Assembly (NCBI GenBank): GCA_040755995.1
Contig: JBFMAF010000016.1
Coordinates: 67,172 to 131,171 of the forward strand
Source: Acidobacteriota bacterium
Lineage (GTDB): Bacteria > Acidobacteriota > CAIWXX01
Reading direction: 5' to 3'
DNA: 64,000 nucleotides
Position numbers and translations under genes: made by a program
Shown here: piece by piece, positions 60,201 to 64,000 of the stretch
How the letters are laid out: each line of letters starts with the position of its first letter
Numbering within the stretch: the first letter of the stretch is position 1
Notes under the pieces: generated by a model
What the model was told of the DNA's origin: nothing
Databases searched by the model: none
What the model saw: the letters and a program-made list of their open reading frames with translations, nothing else

Positions 60201-60612
60201 GATCAACTGGGGCGACGGGAGCTGTCCCGGGAAAGTGCGTGGGATCATTGAAACGGCGGCGGGCTTGGCCCACGCGGCCGCTGTGCTTTGCTTGCCGAAA
60301 CGACTGAAGGACAAGACCGTGCCTGCCGCAGGCGGCACGGTCACAATCGAGTGCTACAACGTTCTTGACCCACCGGGATGTGCCGGCCAGGTCGGAAGCC
60401 AGATAAACCTCAGGAAACGGGCCATCAGCAGCAGCGGTGGGTGCGGATGTCTAGCTTCCGTACTCTTCCATGAGTTCATGCACATAGGTGAGGCTGACGA
60501 CGGCGGTGAACGCATTCCGTGCGCATGCGAACTGCTGTGCTTTCCCGAGTGCGCGGTGGTCGGAGCTAAGTGCGCTGGGGAGCCGATCCCGACTGCCTGC
60601 GAGTGCGAGTAG
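54274..60612 (+). CDS. Teneurin-like Rhs/YD-repeat polymorphic toxin (2112 aa)
   Basis: N-terminal FlgD-Ig/Big domains, many YD repeats, YAFTGREFDAES...RARSYEP.TGRF..EDP core, DPLG cleavage motif at 60181, C-terminal HEFMH. Confidence 0.93.
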   Translation: MSLGAKFGIMVVTLAALAGSLYGGRLFLLQPSQTPPSALKGGPPQSVQIMSAAWVPLWFSESTTFTAEVVARAPHGMFVVHGTLRITDGAGNLVRSWAEIKKVKTDTGEETLVFSWTFDGRDGLGQPVPDGAYGAAFEVQFRGQRATWSGVVGLDRLPPTVAIDQPEEGQLTGASVEVRATWADPLSGIDPTTGSVTLDGAPVNGLQIDASGTRGTIEDIAGGQHTLVVSVADYAGNAVSASREFVTDRTPPAITIQQPRGQINGPSVPVEVVWSDDGGAGIDSSSGEISLDGSPTSGLTIDEQGARGTLDVSPGAHSLSASVSDEVGNEASAMSDFEVTSGQPGVQNTSIVGTVADSTGASLSGVEVSSPGASQSVTTDADGRFLIEMTSGGGTHWLTFEKEGYIPVQRPATVPEGQHFHLGQVHMVAEDSNVTTIGPGGGTATDSSGDVELVVPPGALSEPVDIRLTHIPTSKELPGPLNASENVQFPISYTFCVYLEPYGTAFSQATTLRYPNRWGFAAGHRVPTAFWDESASKWIPDGGQMIVSQNGATIEKQISAFSLPGQRRALQRTASGIEQQQVPQTQKGVGLDGNHSPTDDGSTPQTAPDTQDPPCKTAPTPSRSSMRIFDSSFSKSFALPAMSEGGANVALSFQYHSATALPGRFVNILNSFGTNAGQMVDWSYSIEVNGSRKDLVFSPPSGPSRLLYFWDGRNGRGDLSPTALYQYTSSICARYPGYFANQAAWGGTPTGVTSGRMDEPAERRITLEQPISLVNSATSPYGAGWDLAGLRRLHLQPDGKVMMVEGGSATGIYWPRLNFALISEGASIADVRSVGSEGDPRNMLGYHGAGARTEGQLSDLEYQDAFEFGAIAGSERDWVVVDLGQERLVHTLGISFMVPDISDGLVTEPLVRIYTSLDNVNWTSRSNAYYQTLNGTTAVRLSSPYLARSSAPENVRYVRFEIESPMAFGIDSHSFIYRLFAFGDSERYGTGPYGQDEQYPRLRRLQQGEFEQTERDGTVWLYSADGFLRSVTDIHGNATVYGWTDGLLTQITHPAGGITALNYDGGKLVSVTDPAGRVTRFTVSGQGDLASVQMPDDSTVQFAYDARHLLSSVTDPRGQATTYTWNESYPRLEKIRAPTGGEIIYHSGYFDHLINLTEGTEHAPAPAPSIQLESTANDELGRTYSYKWEAYESVYPYKRIYARTVVDPAGRQTVRYMHPRMEDVESLRVDPDGSRIRNTRDPDEGLYVVKVEDMSETVLRTKAEFTYEPTFKRLASSTDLGGHTTTYLYNQKGDLISTTDPAGHVTQMTYDSNGMLLTVTDAENAVTRYEYDARGNRIKVIDPLGRETVMTYDIAGNMTSLTDPEGHVTRWEYDSVGRVTKVIDPAGGETRYAYEPAGCASGCGGSGGLLTSITDPSGRTTTFEYDSDARMTAVVNPLGVRKEYTYDLGGRLIKFKNGRGQEILYQYDASNNLVKRTLPEEGDVDYTYDIDDRVTSVADADSILRYGYAPYTGFQNVLPGHQATGLKGMKMYEMAGVKGDPRYQNQMSAYQIYNYNTYVGGVNTYELLGQIRMFVDMPDGTTKEISQSFDSYDLGHRLAHMWASGVEVTLSYDRVGRRTRMTARPYHWGSSLSTDYDYDAGGQLLSLQNLGPLGGTGGIWQTDFAYSYDAAGNRTSMTDPAGTHSFGYDDRYQLTSATHPTIPPEAFGYDPVGNRTTSHISPSYTYNSANQLLDDAEFSYTYDLDGNCVRKVSKLDGTRHEYIFNSENRMTGYRKYDISSNLITSANYYYDPAGRRIAKEVNGQRRRYVYQEEDVWLVEREDVPQYYWVNVHAPGIDDPLFFYLQYLPSWDWGPPFGGGGRGLWTYYLVKDGLGTVRELRNYWTGSGQVTTALTYDSFGQILSPTNPTDQTYAFTGREFDAESNSFFLRARSYEPRTGRFTAEDPLGHIPRVPLTSFYAYSLNRPVTFADPLGWTAINWGDGSCPGKVRGIIETAAGLAHAAAVLCLPKRLKDKTVPAAGGTVTIECYNVLDPPGCAGQVGSQINLRKRAISSSGGCGCLASVLFHEFMHIGEADDGGERIPCACELLCFPECAVVGAKCAGEPIPTACECE

Positions 60613-60624
60613 AAGGAGGCGCAC

Positions 60625-61224
60625 ATGATCAGTCGTAGGGTATATTGTGCACTCCTGATTGCGCTGGCCTCGACACTGACGATTTCCGTTGCAGCGCCGC
60701 CAGCCGACCTCGTCCTACGGGTCGGGACAGACAAGACCCACTACTTGCTCGACGAAGATGTCACTGCACGCATTAGCCTCGCCAACAGCGCGGCACATCC
60801 CCTCATAATTCCTGCCTCGCTAGTTGTCACCGCAGACAATACACGGAGTGGCATCGCGCTACACGTGCTTCGAGACGGCAAAGTGGTGAAGTACCTGGGT
60901 GAACGGTTTAAGATGAACGAAATGGTAGATGCATGCGACATGCTGCGACTGCTACCAGGGTATACCTACGGTACCCAGATCTCCCTTTCAAAGAGTTATG
61001 CTCGCTTCGATCTAAGCCAGCCAGGGCGATATCAAGTTCGATCCAGTTTCAGGGTGCTGGAACACCTGAAAGACGACCCCGTGGTACTACGACTCATAAG
61101 GGGTGGGTGCTTTGCGGAGTGCTTCGCTGAGGAGGCGGAGACTTGGCAAGGAGTGGTGGTCGCGGAGACAGAGTTCACCATTGAGAAACCTGAGCAGGCG
61201 GGTGCCCAGCGCTGGAGTCGATAG
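60625..61224 (+). CDS. Probable immunity protein (secreted, Ig-like)
   Basis: AAGGAGG RBS, 12 bp after the Rhs stop, signal peptide, lower GC. Confidence 0.65.
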   Translation: MISRRVYCALLIALASTLTISVAAPPADLVLRVGTDKTHYLLDEDVTARISLANSAAHPLIIPASLVVTADNTRSGIALHVLRDGKVVKYLGERFKMNEMVDACDMLRLLPGYTYGTQISLSKSYARFDLSQPGRYQVRSSFRVLEHLKDDPVVLRLIRGGCFAECFAEEAETWQGVVVAETEFTIEKPEQAGAQRWSR

Positions 61225-61757
61225 CTGGCAAGTTGAGGCGGCGCGCGATGTTCCGTCATGGGTACGCCCCATACACCGGCTACCAGCATGTCCTGCCTGA
61301 TCGGCGGTGCCAGGTCTTGATCTTTGACTTTGCGCGCCCGAGGGGATCGAGTCGGGCGCCGCGGGGGGTTTCGGTGACCGGGGTCACCTTGTCCGGCGAC
61401 GCCGTACTTCTCGCTGAGAGCTTGGATGTGGTCGAGGACGGCGTGACGGGCGCGGGTAGGTAGCTTCTCGACCATGCGGAGCTGACGCAAGAGGCGTTCA
61501 TTTCGCGGTCTCTTCCGGGGGGACATGGGTTCGCGGCCGAGGAGCTGATCAGCGCTGATCCCGATGGCGTCAGCGATGGCCGGCAGAAGCTGGGCCGGCG
61601 GGCGATGCGTCTGAGCCTCATAGTAGGCGAGCATGCGTTGGGAGATCCCAATCTGCGGGCCGAGGCCGCGCTGCGAGTAGCCATCCGCCTTACGTAGTCG
61701 TGCGAGTCTGCGGGCGAAGGTCTCCGATTCGCTGACTTCGGCCTTCTTCTTGGGCAT
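61032..61757 (-). CDS. XRE-family HTH transcriptional regulator
   Basis: FARRLARLRKADGYSQRGL...GISQRMLAYYE...P..LLP.IA..GISADQLLG; GGAGG RBS before ATG 61757; only the first ~120 aa look native. Confidence 0.85.
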   Translation of the reverse strand: MPKKKAEVSESETFARRLARLRKADGYSQRGLGPQIGISQRMLAYYEAQTHRPPAQLLPAIADAIGISADQLLGREPMSPRKRPRNERLLRQLRMVEKLPTRARHAVLDHIQALSEKYGVAGQGDPGHRNPPRRPTRSPRARKVKDQDLAPPIRQDMLVAGVWGVPMTEHRAPPQLASYRLQRWAPACSGFSMVNSVSATTTPCQVSASSAKHSAKHPPLMSRSTTGSSFRCSSTLKLDRT

Positions 61758-61838
61758 CGAGTCCTCCAGTAACGTTAGCTCTCGCCCAAGATCGTAATCC
61801 CACATTGTGGTCCGCACGGCTTTCCCTCGTTTTTCTCC

Positions 61839-61883
61839 TTGACAGATGCGATACATGTTACGTATCACCGATGTAAACGTCAA
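61839..61883. promoter_or_regulatory. Overlapping divergent promoters with palindromic operator
   Basis: TTGACA at 61839 on +; TTGACG-17-TAACAT on -; GATAC-N7-GTATC palindrome at 61850-61866. Confidence 0.55.
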
Positions 61884-61956
61884 CCTATTTCAAAACAGAA
61901 ACAGAAGAAAGTTGCAATTCCCTCTTGACAAGATTCTGGAAGAAGGGACTTTTCCT

Positions 61957-64000
61957 ATGATTCCAGCCGAAGTGATCGCTGACATCCGTGCCCGTCATGA
62001 GCTCGTTGCCTTCATCCAGGCTGCGGGTGTGGAGCTTTGCCGGCGTGGGGCGGACTACGTCGGCCGTTGCCCCTTTCACGCCGGAGCGGCCGAGAGGAAC
62101 CCCTCGCTCGTCGTATCGCCGCGGAAGCAGTACTGGTGCTGTCACGGGGCTTGTTCGGCGAATGGGAAGCGGGTGGGCGGAGACGTCATCGAGTTTGCGA
62201 TGAGGCTGTGGAACCTGGGATTCAAGGAGACGGTGGCGAGACCGGAGCCTGGCGCGCTGTCCAGCAGCACGTCGCGGAGGGCGCCAACGATGCAGCCAGG
62301 GCGGCTGCTTGAGCGTGTGGTGGACTACTACCAGAAGTGCTTTCTTTCTTCGCTGCCGGCGCAGGAGTATCTGCGATCGCGCGGGATCACGAATCCGGAG
62401 ATACTCCGCGCGCTGCAGGTGGGCTACTGCGCTGGCTCGTTGATCGAACGTGCGCCTGAACAGAGCAAGACGCGCGCGGCGCTCCGGAAGCTCGGCGTGA
62501 TTGCGGCCGTCGGCGCTGAGCTCTTTCTTCGCTGCATCGTGCTGCCGTTGCGCGATCTCGCCGGCAACGTCGTGGGCATGTACCGCCGCGCGGTCGATCG
62601 CGATCAGCACCTGTTCCTGCCCGGGCCGCGGCGAGGCCTCGTGAACGCTGCTGGTGCTGCTACCAGCAGCGAGATCATCATCACTGAGTCGGTGATCGAC
62701 GCGATTTCCTTCCCGGAGGCAGGCATCGCGAATGCCATTCCCATATACGGCATCAACGGCTGGACCGCGGATCACGACGAGCTGCTCGAGAAACACCGCA
62801 CCCGCCGCGTCGTCCTGGCGCTTGACTCAGACGAGGCCGGCCAGAAGGCCTCCGCGGCGATCGCGGAGAAGCTCACCGCACGCGGCATCGAGGTGCGCAA
62901 CGTCGTGCTTCCCGCAAAAGACGCCAACGAGCTGCTCGTGCGCGAGGGCGCAGCGAGGTTCGCGGCGACATGGCTCAGCCTGGCTGCGGTGCCCTCTTCT
63001 CTTTCGCTGCCAGTCTCCACCGAATGCAGCCACGCCACCGTCTCCGGAGCAGCGAAAGAAGAAGGAGCAGTTGGCGGTTGTCAGTTGGCAGTTGTCAGTG
63101 GAGGTCAACTGGCGACGGCGCCTGAGAGCCCCGCGACCGGCACGCCGCCGTCCGGTCTGGAAACGCCACCGACCGCACCGAACGAGAAACTGTTAACTGA
63201 CAACAGACAACTGACAACTGCCGACGGCGCCTACGTGCTGGCCTTCGCGCAGCGCACGTACCGGATCCGCGGTCTCGCGCAATATGTTGGGGACCGGCTG
63301 CGGGTGAATGTGCGTGTGGAGCAGGATGGGCGGTTCCATGTGGACACGTTAGATCTCTACTCGGCGCGGGCTCGCAGGAGCTTCCAGGAGGCCGCGTGCG
63401 AGGCCTTTGGGCTTGCGGAGGAGGAGGGACGAACCGTTGCCAGGGAGCTCGACACACTGATCGATGCGCTTGAGCGTGAGCGCGCCCAGTTCAAGGGGCG
63501 CGGCCGCACTGAGGCCGCGAAGCACGCGATGTCGGCCGCCGAGCGCGAGGAGGCGATGGCGCTTCTGAAATCGCCGAACCTGATCGATCTGATCCGCCAG
63601 GACTTCATCGCAATCGGCTGTGTGGGCGAAGAGATGGCGATGCTCACGGGCTACCTGGCAGGGCTCTCGCGGATGCTGCCGGATGAGGCGCTGGCAGTGC
63701 TTTGCAGCGCGCGCTCGGGCGCCGGCAAGAGCATGATGCAGAAGCGCATCGTCGAGTTCGTTCCGCCCGAGGCCTTGATCGAGCGCACCTGTGTGACCAG
63801 GCAAGCGCTCTTCTACAAGGACGAAAACGCTCTGGTCCACAAGGTCCTGGCGATAGACGAAGAGGGCGGTGCAATCGAAGCCGCCTACGCGCTGCGCAGC
63901 CTCCAGAGCGCGGGGTACCTTTCGATCACATCCACCCGCACCGATCCGCAGACCGGCAAGCAGCGGGCCGAAGACTACCGCGTCAACGGCCCGTGCGCGA
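61957..64000 (+). CDS. Mobile-element DNA primase (CHC2 zinc finger, Toprim, P-loop ATPase); partial, runs off the window
   Basis: Absent from the ORF track because no stop occurs; my translation from ATG 61957 shows GRCPFH, WCCHGAC, ITESVIDA, LALDSDEAG, KDANE, FHVDTLDLY, SARSGAGKS. Confidence 0.9.
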   Translation, partial: MIPAEVIADIRARHELVAFIQAAGVELCRRGADYVGRCPFHAGAAERNPSLVVSPRKQYWCCHGACSANGKRVGGDVIEFAMRLWNLGFKETVARPEPGALSSSTSRRAPTMQPGRLLERVVDYYQKCFLSSLPAQEYLRSRGITNPEILRALQVGYCAGSLIERAPEQSKTRAALRKLGVIAAVGAELFLRCIVLPLRDLAGNVVGMYRRAVDRDQHLFLPGPRRGLVNAAGAATSSEIIITESVIDAISFPEAGIANAIPIYGINGWTADHDELLEKHRTRRVVLALDSDEAGQKASAAIAEKLTARGIEVRNVVLPAKDANELLVREGAARFAATWLSLAAVPSSLSLPVSTECSHATVSGAAKEEGAVGGCQLAVVSGGQLATAPESPATGTPPSGLETPPTAPNEKLLTDNRQLTTADGAYVLAFAQRTYRIRGLAQYVGDRLRVNVRVEQDGRFHVDTLDLYSARARRSFQEAACEAFGLAEEEGRTVARELDTLIDALERERAQFKGRGRTEAAKHAMSAAEREEAMALLKSPNLIDLIRQDFIAIGCVGEEMAMLTGYLAGLSRMLPDEALAVLCSARSGAGKSMMQKRIVEFVPPEALIERTCVTRQALFYKDENALVHKVLAIDEEGGAIEAAYALRSLQSAGYLSITSTRTDPQTGKQRAEDYRVNGPCA
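63068..63220. repeat. Inverted pair of heptamer arrays inside the primase ORF
   Basis: (CAGTTGG/CAGTTGT)x~5 at 63068-63101 and (AACTGAC)x~5 at 63188-63220. Confidence 0.75.

Larger units (their letters stand above)
61225..64000. mobile_element. Left part of an XRE/primase integrative module adjoining the Rhs locus
   Basis: Divergent XRE and primase-ATPase genes; no integrase inside the window; boundary approximate. Confidence 0.55.

Noticed and set aside
61032..61390. Functional C-terminal extension of the XRE protein
   Set aside because: Low-complexity read-through overlapping the immunity gene antisense; probably a lost stop or element junction.

Overview
High-GC bacterial chromosome segment of about 50 genes. 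The secretin/PilD/ABC gene set and gene style suggest an Acidobacteriota-like or Deltaproteobacteria-like organism (inference only). All family calls come from motifs read by eye; no database search was run. Housekeeping genes (hflKC, queC, hemH, lhgO, split transketolase, GT2, pilD, two sensor kinases) alternate with accessory secreted-protein genes. The strongest candidate for a new system is a five-gene RiPP-like cluster at 19560-22828. It encodes a PRMT-like SAM methyltransferase, a PlpX-like radical SAM/SPASM 'splicease', a 113-aa precursor whose only three Tyr all lie in repeated X-Y-G motifs (X = M, R, K), and a small helical protein plus a TPR protein resembling secretion chaperones. 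The precursor's N-terminus resembles that of an unrelated 433-aa orphan at 2272. Other notable items: (1) a 6-kb mosaic of duplicated and microhomology-deleted hflC/hflK/peptidase pieces; (2) an amber-interrupted antitoxin in front of an intact mazF; (3) a 10-Cys secreted miniprotein with a poly-C promoter spacer; (4) a teneurin-like Rhs toxin with a Cys-rich HEXXH tip and probable immunity gene, followed by an XRE/primase mobile module that runs off the window; (5) a REP-like hairpin cluster; (6) an unexplained structured intergenic region. No rRNA, tRNA or CRISPR array was recognised.
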